64,000 nt of DNA from assembly GCA_040285825.1 (NCBI GenBank), contig JAUPSS010000007.1:2764689-2828688 (forward strand), written 5' to 3'. The position numbers and the translations under genes were made by a program. Under the pieces are notes generated by a model, which did no database searches, was not told where the DNA came from, and saw nothing but the letters and a program-made list of their open reading frames with translations. The stretch's first letter is position 1. Every line of letters begins with the position of its first letter. Origin of the DNA: Eukaryota sp. TZLM1-RC. Its lineage: Eukaryota > Protista > Metamonada: BaSk clade. Positions 1 to 10,269 of this stretch are shown piece by piece.

Positions 1-267
1 ATCACGGCAGGAGGAGCAGGTACGATTTCAGAATCATTGAAATTGAACAAACGAGTCATTGTTGCTATTAACAGAACACTTTTGCACAACCACCAGATGG
101 AACTCGCCTCAAAATACCAAGATTTAAATCATCTAGCCGTAGTTGATACACCTCATCTAGTCCCCTCTAGGCTTGATTATGTGATGAACCACACATTCAC
201 ACCATTGCAAGAACCTGAGCCTGATGTGCTATTGAGACATCTGAAATCTCGGTTCTTCGATGTTTGA
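1..267 (+). CDS. ALG13: UDP-GlcNAc transferase catalytic subunit ALG13, 3' part (starts before the window)
   Basis: Frame open from base 1: ITAGGAGTISESLKLNKRVIVAINRTLLHNHQMELASKY matches the ALG13/Glyco_tran_28_C motif GAGxxxExL...vvviN..L..NHQ.ELA. Confidence 0.85.
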   Translation: MTAGGAGTISESLKLNKRVIVAINRTLLHNHQMELASKYQDLNHLAVVDTPHLVPSRLDYVMNHTFTPLQEPEPDVLLRHLKSRFFDV

Positions 268-333
268 TATCCTCAAAGGTTTCTCCATTAGTAGCTTTGT
301 TGTATCCATCAGTATTCTCAAAGCAAACTTGAA

Positions 334-918
334 ATGTCTATCAACTTCAAACAATCACAAAAGATTCTCTCTGAATGGCTTCCCAACCGTATGGATCCTC
401 AGGCCATGAACCGTCGCCTGTGCAAGAGCGCCAACCTCCCAGAGAACGCCGATCCGTTCCTAATCCCCAGTCAAGAAGCTCACATAGCTGCTTTAATATG
501 TAAGCTGAAGAGGGAAGAAGCTATGAGATTGAGTAGGGAACTGGAGGATGGCCTACTTTCAAACCTCGAACGTGAACGTCTTGCTTTGGAAGAAGCAGTT
601 AACGCTCAACAAATTTCTATGGTACAATTAGAACAAAATCTCAGGGCAGAATGTGATTCAGGGTGGTTCATGTCAGAAGAACTTGAAAAACTGAAGGCTA
701 AAATGCAATCTAAACAAGCCAGCACAAAGGAAATCGAACAATCTGTCAGATCTTTGGCGGAGGCAGCCAAGGAACTCGAAGAACATGCTGCCACTGCAAA
801 GGAGAGAGAGCTGGTTGTCCGTGAGACCTCTGCTCTCAAAGAACAGGCTCAACATCTCGAGGTGGAAATTCAACAGCTTGAACAAATGAAATCTGAAACA
901 GCAGCTGGTATTCGGTAG
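334..918 (+). CDS. hypothetical coiled-coil protein (194 aa)
   Basis: ATG-initiated ORF with coding-like composition and E/K/Q/L heptad-rich sequence; no family recognised. Confidence 0.65.
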   Translation: MSINFKQSQKILSEWLPNRMDPQAMNRRLCKSANLPENADPFLIPSQEAHIAALICKLKREEAMRLSRELEDGLLSNLERERLALEEAVNAQQISMVQLEQNLRAECDSGWFMSEELEKLKAKMQSKQASTKEIEQSVRSLAEAAKELEEHAATAKERELVVRETSALKEQAQHLEVEIQQLEQMKSETAAGIR

Positions 919-1280
919 TTGTTTAATAGTTGTTTAATAAAAGCAGTCGTATGTTGATATTGTTTTATTTAGTTGTTTGGGAAGTTGAATCGAATTACAG
1001 CAGATTCATTATGAATGGTGTGAACAGCGCACCGTTTTCCTACATTACATAGAAGTTGAATAGAAGGTCGACATTTTTGATTATTCTTGGCCTCGACCAG
1101 TAAAGTTGAGCTACATTTTATGCCGTTGTCCAAGTTGTCAAATTCCCAAATATATGATATTCCTAATATATCACGGCCATAAAAGATAAAAAGAGTTGGA
1201 ATTAAAATAAAGTCTTATAATGGTAAACTTGATATGTTGCTTTACATCCAATTTCATCATTTGGTCAATTTTCTCAGAAA

Positions 1281-1800
1281 TTGAGTTCAACTTATCAAAC
1301 TTTGGTTGAGGAGGACACTTTGAACTCTTTTGTTCGTAACAGAGGTGATTTAATGCTTGAAGAACTTGATGGGACCACTATCGATACTGATGTGTGTAAT
1401 AATTCTTTCATACCATTAGCTCAGTCAAAACACAAGAATCCGCTGTCTGTTGCCGCAAATTCTAAAATTGATAAATATAAAGCATAGTTAATTTCCTTGA
1501 ATGCTGAATCTCACACTTATTATGTCCTTTGTTCATTTGCTTTTTCCTTACATGGTACGCTTGGACCTCTTGCTTTATCTTTTATGGATGATTTTGTTGA
1601 AATTGAAAAACAACGTACAGGAAGAATTTTTGACAAAACGTTTTGGCAGAACAGAAATGTATTTTCAATTTTCAAAGGTGTTGTATCGTTATTGTCTTCC
1701 TCTTTAATATCTCTTGGTCGCTTTTATGAAGGAATAACTTCCAGTCAATTTTTGTTGGCTGATTTGGGATAAGAAGATTTAGAATTTTAATTTTTGTGTT
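1281..1800 (+). mobile_element. decayed 3' fragment of a CRE-like RLE non-LTR retrotransposon (family B)
   Basis: Broken frames give RGDLMLE...K..KY...FAFSLHGTLGPLA...FWQNR...FLADLG. Closely related sequence occurs at ~33950-34446 (+) and ~55660-55950 (-). Confidence 0.75.
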
Positions 1801-1859
1801 TAGTTTTCTGAAAGTAATAAATTCAAAACGTATCAAACAATTCTTTGGTAACTTCATCA

Positions 1860-2321
1860 TTATTTCCTAAAACCGAACCCCAGTGAAATAAATCGAGATC
1901 GACAAGACAAATCCATAGAAAAAAGTGATTTATTGTACAGTAATATATTGTAATATGTACAGTAATATTGTACAGTAATACAAGAAACAATGTTAGAGAA
2001 GAAGGGTAACTGGAAATTCTTTCTACCAGTAGCATGAGGAGGAAAATATCGGGAGAGAACACCAGGTGTTGGAGATGAGAATAAAGAAACAGAAGGTGCA
2101 ACAGAGCCAATAAGGTTGATTCGTTTTGTGCGAGACCAGAGAATTGAGTTTCCTTTAGATATGTAGCGAATTCTGTGAGATGGTACAGATAAGGCAAGAA
2201 AATCGTGAAGAGGGAGGAAGAATACACCGCCAAATCTATCCTCAAAACCAACAAAGAAACGTTCTTTAGACAAAGAAGTATCGTGGACTAATCTGTTGAT
2301 GATGCTGAGAGCGTCTTTCAT
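1860..2321 (-). CDS. MJ1316/DUF504 (RNA cyclic-phosphate end recognition, LENG9-type) domain protein
   Basis: IINRLVHD...FFVGFEDRFGG...VPSHRIRYI...ILWSRTKRINLI matches the MJ1316 signature (R..wD, vGy.DRF.G, iP.HRi.y, vWdR..r.dl). The C-terminal tail is low complexity and uncertain. Confidence 0.8.
   Translation of the reverse strand: MKDALSIINRLVHDTSLSKERFFVGFEDRFGGVFFLPLHDFLALSVPSHRIRYISKGNSILWSRTKRINLIGSVAPSVSLFSSPTPGVLSRYFPPHATGRKNFQLPFFSNIVSCITVQYYCTYYNILLYNKSLFSMDLSCRSRFISLGFGFRK
1931..1980. repeat. short degenerate tandem repeat (TATTGTACAGTAATA, about 3 copies)
   Basis: Units seen at 1931-1945, 1956-1967 and 1966-1980, inside the 3' part of the MJ1316 ORF. Confidence 0.7.
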
Positions 2322-2528
2322 GAGTTACATAGAGTTGAAATTCCAGAAACTTTTACAAAGGATACCTAGTTTATGAACCTAGGTTATGAAGTGAGGGGAA
2401 AGTGTGGGAATAGTGAAAACCTCCCAAAACCAAGTTGAGGGTTAAAAACCTCCCAGAACAGGCAACCAGAAGTCGAAAATGGGGTGACAAGTGTAAAATT
2501 TGATAGATGAGCTCTTTATTCTCACTAC

Positions 2529-4484
2529 ATGTCAGACACCCACTCTGTGTTACGTGTATTCACTCGGTCTTGTGCACTTAACTCACTGCTGACCCCTGCA
2601 GCGGTGCAACAAATTCGGACTGACCTTCCTGTGGTCACCGAGATTTGTCATGAAGCTTCTCTATTGCTTCAATCTTTTCTTCTAAATTTTCCATTGGCAT
2701 CTAGAGCTTTAGTGGAACAGGATGTATGGTATCTGTTTATGACCGTCATCACCACTGGTTCTTTTCCTAAGCCTTCCACATCTAAAGGCCAACGCCAATT
2801 ACTCCATATCTTTTACAATGGATTTCTTCCTGAATGCCCACAAGACAGGTCTCTTGTTGCTGTGTGGGAAAATTCTTTAGTGCCTTACAGAAATTCATTC
2901 AATCTTTTCCTCAATGATTGGCTGCAGTCCCAGAACTGTAATTTTATCAATAGAAAAGGGCTTTCTCCTTATCTTGCTTGTCGGGCTCGTCAATTGGCCT
3001 CCAACGTTAAGACAAGTTTACCTAAAATTTGTCAATCCTGGACAAAAAACTTTATTCGTGCTTATTGTAGAGCCCTGAATAAAACAAATGTCTTTGCAAA
3101 TAATATTCTTTCACTTTTGCCAGATGAACCACTAGCCCAACCCGAGGAAGTAGTAGTTGATTCTGTTCTTGAATACCTCATCAATTTCAATTTGAATAAT
3201 TCAAGAGAAAGATTCTTCTTATTAAATGCATGTAAGTTTATCTTGAATCTCTTTCAAAGATTTCCTACCACTGCCTCCCTACTGTCCTCACATGATAAAA
3301 TCACTTTTTCATCAAAGGAAATTAGTGAGCTTTTTCTCTTCAATCTTAAAATTTCACAATACTTACTCACTTTCTTTTCTCATATGCATTGCTGGAAGAA
3401 ATTTAGAATAATACCTTTAGCTTCTCATAAAGGTTCTAAATTTATTGAGGTACCTTCACAAATTTTCCACTCTGTGAAAAAATTTCCAATTATTGAAGGA
3501 TCATCTTCCAAAACAAAGTTTATCAAAAATACATGTCTGAAACGAATATTCAAACAATGTCCTTACCAAAAATTCAATATCAACAGAAAAAGTTTGAAAA
3601 ATAGATTTAACAAAATTTTATTGAAAACTAATGGTAATGAACTGCTTTTGACCTTTGAAGGTAAAAATAATGACTCAGAAAACACAGATGAGCTGGATGA
3701 ACCACCGAAAAAGAAAAAGAAGATCAAAAATGAAATGAAAAGTGACCCTAATGCCAACAAAACCAGAGAAACACAGTTGAAGGGTACTAAAAAATGCCCC
3801 GTCGAAGACGTAGACATCCAGTCGAAATTTTACCTGAAAGCCCCCTTATCGGCGTTGATCTTGGCCAATCAAGATTATGTGGTTACTTCTTAAATGATAA
3901 TCAATGTGGAGTTATCCCTTGTCCAACTGGCAGAAGATACATGACAAAACCTTCACCCAGTAAACACTCTCCCAACCAATATTCTGTTCAAAATTTCAAC
4001 CAATATTTGAACCATTGGAATTTGGTCAGGAGGAAAGTGTATTTGGAAAGTAATCGCCAGAAATGGAAAATAATTAAATTTGATAACCGCAGACGAAAAG
4101 AGAGACGGTTCAGAGAGAGTCTCAACAAATTTCAAAGGCTGGCTGGACATCCTGAAAAACTCTATCTTGCTGTGGGTTCTGCTAATTTCCCTTCTCATTG
4201 CCGAAAAGTCAATCGATATGGATCAGCAAGGGCTTTCAGAAAATGGTTGTGTTATCAAAAGGACGTGAAGCACTTGTCAACCAGTGAATTTAATACAAGC
4301 AAAATGTCAAGTTGTTGCATGGCCGAGAATATTCAAGCAGGCTCATGGCAGATGCGTATTTGTACTGAGTGTCAAATAGTATATGACAGAGATATTTCCG
4401 CTGCAAAAAAATATTCAAATTAAGAAGAAAGCGGAATTGTGGCCGGAAAGATACATTTGCCCAGATGCTCTGTTGAGAAGATGA
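2529..4484 (+). CDS. Fanzor (eukaryotic TnpB-like RNA-guided endonuclease), Fanzor1-type, ~651 aa after correcting two homopolymer indels
   Basis: RuvC-I IGVDLG (D 3857-3859), AVGSANF, rearranged RuvC-II TSEFNTSK (E 4286-4288), Zn finger SSCC...CTEC, RuvC-III YDRDISAA (D 4391-4393). Adding one A to A6 at 3789-3794 joins ORFs 2529..3893 and 3794..4423. Removing one A from A7 at 4405-4411 restores AAKNI and extends the frame to TGA 4482-4484. NLS-like PPKKKKKIK near 3701-3728. Confidence 0.88.
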
Positions 4485-4640
4485 ATGGGGAACCTGAGCA
4501 TACAGAAACAAAAACTTTTGAGACCGATCTACAAATGCCCTAGTAGCATTTGGTAGATCCACTTAGATACATCAAGTCGCGAGGCTTTGTTCTGTGAAAG
4601 CAGTAGGTGTATTTAAGTGAGGTAGCCCATTGATGAAGAT
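4485..4640 (+). ncRNA. putative Fanzor omegaRNA (scaffold ~4526-4620 plus downstream guide)
   Basis: Hairpin 4526-4538/4546-4559. A 14-bp stem 4560-4573/4606-4619 (2 G-U pairs) encloses AAGTC-GCGA-GGCTT (4574-4587) and CTGT-GAAA-GCAG (4592-4603) GNRA hairpins. Lies immediately 3' of the Fanzor ORF. Ends are inferred. Confidence 0.7.
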
Positions 4641-5008
4641 CATGATTGTCTTTGTCAAATGATGCTACATGTCTCTTACAACCTGTGAGTAGACATTGAG
4701 AAAGTTGAAAACAGGAGTGAATTTCACAGGGGAATGCATGATAAGTGAAATTCACAGTAGTATCAATATTGTCTGTTAATCATCAATAAAATGTTTAAAT
4801 TCTGTACAATTTGGAATAATTGTAGCCACCAGCAGTATTATGTTCATTGCTTTAAACGTTCGAGTCCAAAGCTTCCACAAAATCCCTCGTGGTAAAAAAT
4901 GTCACACATGACAAATAATCACACAATGTCCAACCCAATGGCTCTTGTCAAGATGCTTGTCATCATGTTTCACTCTTGATTTGTTCAATAACAACATTTC
5001 CTATAGAC

Positions 5009-5500
5009 ATGACGCTCAAATCTCCGTCAGTGAAACCAATCATTGACCCCCCAAAGCAGTACCGCTGTGGGGTCCTTAACTGCGGGTATCAGTCCCACAG
5101 ACTCCCTGAAATGTGGAGACATTTAGGTTACGAAAAACCCTTTGTGCAACGCCATTCTGACCTGTCTTCTGCTGACAGATACTGCATCGAGATCAGCAGC
5201 GGAGCGATCGTTCTTCATCCCTCTGTCGAAAATTCCTCTCATCCCTCCCAAAGTGCAGCTGTTGAGTACTTTATTAAAACAAGAGAAGAACGAAACTCAT
5301 TAAAGGTGTTTTACTTTGAAAAAACACTACAATATGAAAGATGCCGTGTTGCCGTTGAAAAAGAGAGAGAGGATCTCCTTCAGAAGCGAGCAGCTCTTAA
5401 CGAGAGAATATCTTTCATCGAAAATATTCTTTGTAAAGATGACACGGAGGAAAGGAGTATCTCCCCTCCATTGAAAAAGTCCAACAGAGAAGATTTGTAG
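5009..5500 (+). CDS. small protein with C2H2-like zinc finger and C-terminal coiled coil
   Basis: YRCGVLNCGYQSHRLPEMWRH fits C-x4-C-x12-H; heptad-rich tail; first ATG at 5009. Confidence 0.55.
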   Translation: MTLKSPSVKPIIDPPKQYRCGVLNCGYQSHRLPEMWRHLGYEKPFVQRHSDLSSADRYCIEISSGAIVLHPSVENSSHPSQSAAVEYFIKTREERNSLKVFYFEKTLQYERCRVAVEKEREDLLQKRAALNERISFIENILCKDDTEERSISPPLKKSNREDL

Positions 5501-5541
5501 TTTGTTTTTTATAAAAGTCTTGTAATGGTAATTGATTAAAC

Positions 5542-6370
5542 TGATGCCGTTAGGCAGATGAACACACGAAGGAGAGAGAGAAATCTAAGTTTATTAATAA
5601 AAGTGATTCATAAACGAGAATCACGTCATCAGTCAAAATACAAAGAAACCTACTAATTCAATTTGAGTTCAACAACAACACTACTTTTTCCCATTTTTCT
5701 GAGGACAAATACAGTACTGGCTAAATAGACGGAAGATATGGGGTTTGTTAAATTCTCCGGTGCATCGTTGGAATGAGAACGTTCGAGACCTACGGGAAGA
5801 ATTCCTCTGGCAAATCGATTCAGAAAAGCTGTGTCTGGTAACTTCAGTCCGGAAGCCCTATTCTTTACCTGGAGGAAACGTCGCAGGTATTCAGGACATA
5901 CGTTCTCGGACGTCACCATTACGGACATCAAGCTTCAGTTCTGACATAGCCAGACTAAAATCTTCATACATGGCGAACGATACGACAGATTGTAGATGTC
6001 TGAGAAGAACATCGTCACTGGATGAGACGTCGGATTTCTGGAGAGATAGGGACTTTCACAGAAAAGAACCGATCAAGAGTCTTGCTGGAACAAGCTCTTT
6101 CTCAGAAGTCACAGAAGAATAGATCTTCCACTCTTGTAGGAACAAGAGAACACTTTCAACTTTCATGGAAGAAAGAGACGGGAGGTTGACAGAAGGAACA
6201 GTCATCTGAAATAAGAAGGGCCAATAATTATTGATGCCGTTAGGCAGATGAACACACGAAGGAGAGAGAGAAATCTAAGTTTATTAATAAAAGTGATTCA
6301 TAAACGAGAATCACGTCATCAGTCAAAATACAAAGAAACCTACTAATTCAATTTGAGTTCAACAACAACA
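5542..6370 (-). mobile_element. non-autonomous miniature LTR retrotransposon (TRIM-like) with decayed gag fragment
   Basis: Identical 139-bp LTRs at 5542-5680 and 6232-6370 (TG...CA), 4-bp TSD AAAC, minus-strand polypurine tract AGAAAAATGGGAAAAAGTAG before the 3' LTR. Internal interrupted ORF from ATG 6205 (MTVPSVNLPSLSSMKVESVLLFLQEW...) resembles the Gag of the element at 25522-32926. Confidence 0.88.
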
Positions 6371-6399
6371 AAACAAGGAATAAAAAATCATGAAAAAAC

Positions 6400-8100
6400 A
6401 CAACTAAAGCTCCACATCCTCGAAACCTCATCTCCTGCATCGAAACAGCTGATTACTAAAGATTCAGAAAATTTACCAAAAGAAGAAAATGAATTAGAAA
6501 TTAAATCACCATTCCTTTATGTATTTAGTCCTTTCCTTTACAATTACATTGAAATCTTTAATGAGTGCAAAAACAGCCTTACTTAAAGAACCAAGCAAAG
6601 GAAAAACAAAGGGACATAAATTTCATTGAACATGAGAAGACCTACAGAGGCTCTATAATAATGCGTACTATCAATATTGGTGTCTTCAAGATTTAATTGA
6701 GATAAAAATGGTTCAAAGACTCAATCTAATGATGTGATTCCCACATGACATAACTTTGGTTCCTGACATTATTATGTACTTTACTTAAGAATGTACCAAA
6801 ATGTTGACAGTTCAATAGATGAGTAAACAAAAGAGATTTACCACGTATTTTCAAAATGATTAAGCAAATTACTTGGCCACAAAAACGAAGACAACACATA
6901 TTCAAAAGCCATTAATTGATTTTTTGGAAAAGTCCATAAATAGAATAAATATGGGTAACTCAAGCAGCAACAGAACTATCACGAATGCCTTTTAAAAAAT
7001 ATCAAAAGCAGTATTGTTAGTTTTGGAATTTGTTGAACAAAAACAGATTTTTTGTCCCTCCCTTTTTGCTGTTTTAGAGAAAATAGATGATTTTGTAATG
7101 CCAATTCCACCTTATTTAGTAGAACAAAATAAATGGCTTCGAATCATAGATTTGTTAACTTCTAACATAATAGAAAAGAATTTGAACCGAAGTTTGCTAA
7201 TTTATCCGCAAAAATTGAGTCATATCAAAAAGGAGTAGATTATAATTTGTGCGTAAACTTTCCTGAATAACACAGTTTTGAAATAAAAAATTTCGTATGT
7301 TTTGCAATAGCACATTCGGCAGTGAAACTTAAATCTATATCAAAACTGTTCTGCTTAACTGGGAATAAATTTCACCCAAGAATTACGAACACCCAAAAAA
7401 CCGAACACGCAGGAAACTTAAATTATCTTGTTGGTTATTATTAATGAATGGAATTTCTGCACCACTGATTATCAAAGCTTGTGCGCACTCTACCAATCTA
7501 TAGACAATTAGATGGGTGTAAGTTGGTCCAATTTCTCTATATTTGTTGGAAATACCTTCAGCAACTTTACAAATGCTTTTAAAGGAACCAATAATGGAAA
7601 AATCATCCCTGTAAGCAACAATATGTAGTTCAGGAAAAGTTTTTCTGGGTCGAATAGGTATGGTGAATAGCCACAAAAATACAAAGGGCCAGGAGCTTCC
7701 GCCAGCAGCCTAAAAAACGAAGAGAATCAGAGAAATAGTTCACAAAAGGATTTCGACACCATCAATATACTATTACATTGCCAATGATTTAACATTCCCT
7801 TTTTTTAAACTAATTTTAAAAACATTCCCAATGAGGAGAAATTCCAACAGTATCAACAAAGAACCATTTTTTTATAAAAATTTGAAGCTTCAGCAGCAAC
7901 TTTATTCAAGACATCAAGAGGACCAATCAGTGAAATATCATCCACATATCCCACAGTTTTGAGCATAGGATAAAATTTACTTTGATTGAATTATGAATTG
8001 CTAAACAGAACAGAAGTGAGCCAAAGGTATCACCTTGCTTAGTTCCAGATGAAGAAATGTGGAATAATGATAAATTGTTTCCGATGACCTTACCAGAAAT
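6400..8100 (-). mobile_element. highly decayed non-LTR retrotransposon reverse transcriptase/RLE remnants
   Basis: The minus strand gives KQGDTFGSLLFC (~8005-8042), VGYVDDISLIGP (~7920-7955) and a second AYRDDFSIIG (~7590-7620), with many stops. The tail at ~6405-6470 recurs at ~17160-17230. Confidence 0.7.
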
Positions 8101-8248
8101 AAGTACAAATAGAATAATAGACCTGAAGTGCGTTATTCAAAAAAAATAACGTCTATCAAGATTGCATGAATTGGTCAAAAGTCAGAAGTGTGTTTTGATG
8201 GAAATTCACAGAAAAAAACATCAATTAGAAAATCATCCACTTTCAACA

Positions 8249-10178
8249 ATGTCCATCAAGGACATAACATCAGATCTTCTTGCACTACGTTCCTCCCTCT
8301 CAAAAGGGGAGATTCTAAAGTCATCATCCTTTTCGTTCCGTGTCGCTAATACAGCAGAAATCGTTGGTCATGAAACTCTCGATTCAGCCAAAGACTTGCT
8401 CATTCTCCACCCCGTACAGCTATGGTCCTCTGTCTCACTGACCCCATCCTCCCTCTCTGACATCTACCAACTCACAACCTCTCTCCTCGCCTCATGGATC
8501 ACCGGAGCCTCTCCTCTTGCATCAATCTGTAGGTTCTCAGGGTTTTGGGTAGAAGTTGAGACTATCCACTCTGATGTAAGTGCGGTAGATGATTTTTTGA
8601 AATACAAGCGTCTTTATTTACATAATTTCTCCAATTTAATTGAAATTGGCCAAGAACTTGGTTTTTTAGTAGATGATGACGAGCTGGTCTTAAGAATTCC
8701 AGCTGATTTTGAGCTATTCTTGAATTGTGAGGACTCTTTTCAGGTCAATGAGTCGGATAGTTTATTATATCAATTACAATTCCAATTATCCAAATTGATT
8801 TCTAATTTAAATAATATTGCTTTAATTGGCGAAATTTTAAATCAAATTAGTGAAATTTTAGACGAAATTGAACAAAATTCTCAATTATTTAATTTCTTTG
8901 ATGTTGAACTTGATATTAATAAGTCTCAAAAAGACCTTGAAATGGCCAATTCTTTAGGATTTCACAAATTTATTACTAAAACAACGTTATCAATTGAAAA
9001 TTATAACTATAAAATATTATCCTTAAAAAAATTCACTTTTAATTTTTAAAAATTTTGTACGTGAACTTCGGACTAGTCTGGACTTACTAAACCAGAAATC
9101 TATTGGTTATTTCTCTTTTTGTTTAATTAAAAGACAAATTAGCAGTTTTTCACCTTTGGCCAGAGTATTTTTGTTCAAAATATTGAAATCAATTCATATT
9201 CCTGGATCTGTGTTTGTTTCTTCTTGTATATTAATTGATTTTAATTTCAAAAACTTAATTGCTTCTAATTTAACTGAATGTTTTATGAAATTGGAAAATC
9301 AATTATTATGCAATTTATTTCTCAATAGGGGAAGAAGTCCAATAGCGATTAAAAAATCCTTTGAAGATTTTGAAGTGGTTACGGCCATGGCATTGGCTCA
9401 CGTTGATCATAGTGATATGATTCGCAAAATTTTAATTTCTCTGACAGCTCAAATTCAATCAATTTCTCTTATTTTTGATCTATCCGTATCCAAAATCTGT
9501 GATGAAATTGATTATCTTTATTACTACTGGTACTTGGAGTTTTTGTTGGGCCTAGGACAGTACGAGGAGCAACAATTGAGTAATAAACAAAGGAAACTAA
9601 TCAAATCGGTCTCCCAAAGTCTCAAGAAGGATCAAAATCCAGCACATTGTGGTCTTGATTTCTTGGTTAGTAATCATTCTATTTCTTCAAGTGATATACA
9701 ATTACTAAATTTCATTAAACTTGGATGTTCAGCTACTTTTAGACAATTGGTTCTTGCTAAATCACTAGAATTGCTTTCAATCAAAAATGATTGGACTTCT
9801 GATGAAATACGCTTCAACCTTCGTTTTGAATTATTTGATGCTCCCTATTTTCTCTTTAATCCACTGACATTTGAAAATTTTGAGAAATCGACAGACGCGA
9901 GATCAATAGGGATCATTTCACTTGTTAATTGGGTGTTGGAAGGTTATTTAGCATGGAATGAATTTTCAAAATCCGTTTCTCTTTCATTTGTATCTGATTT
10001 GCAAAAAACTATCGTGTCAAACATCTTTGTTTGCGAACGAAACTTTAAAAAACTTCAGATGAAAGATATTGCAGATTTGACTGTGGAGGAATACCGTGAC
10101 AGTTTCCATTCAGGGAGCTGTTCAATCAAATTTGATTGGAAACATGATTTGTTTCCAGTAATAAAATTGATGTTGTAA
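8249..10178 (+). CDS. NAA35: NatC N-acetyltransferase auxiliary subunit (Mak10/NAA35); one frameshift at A7 9025-9031
   Basis: MSIKDITSDL...LSKGEIL...AEIV...LDS, LASWITGAS, YYYWYLEFL and SDEIRFNLRFELF resemble Mak10 motifs. Deleting one A in the run joins ORFs 8162..9049 and 9156..10178 without a stop. Confidence 0.8.
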
Positions 10179-10269
10179 TTTTTATATTTATTTAATTACT
10201 GCTATGAAACCTGATTTCTACATGATCATTCTTCCAACTGCTTTACAAAAAAAACAATTCAAAAGAATT

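Noticed and set aside
3786-3800. Programmed -1 frameshift in Fanzor
   Set aside because: T_AAA_AAA is not a canonical XXXYYYZ site, a second opposite indel is also needed, and NAA35 shows the same error type. Not formally excluded.
4540-4755. Minus-strand 71-aa ORF overlapping the omegaRNA
   Set aside because: No ATG start or recognisable motif; the RNA structure explains the overlapping part better.
5542-6370. CRISPR-like or simple duplicated repeats
   Set aside because: Only two long copies with TG...CA ends, TSD and PPT, so these are LTRs. No regularly spaced repeat-spacer array is seen anywhere in the window.
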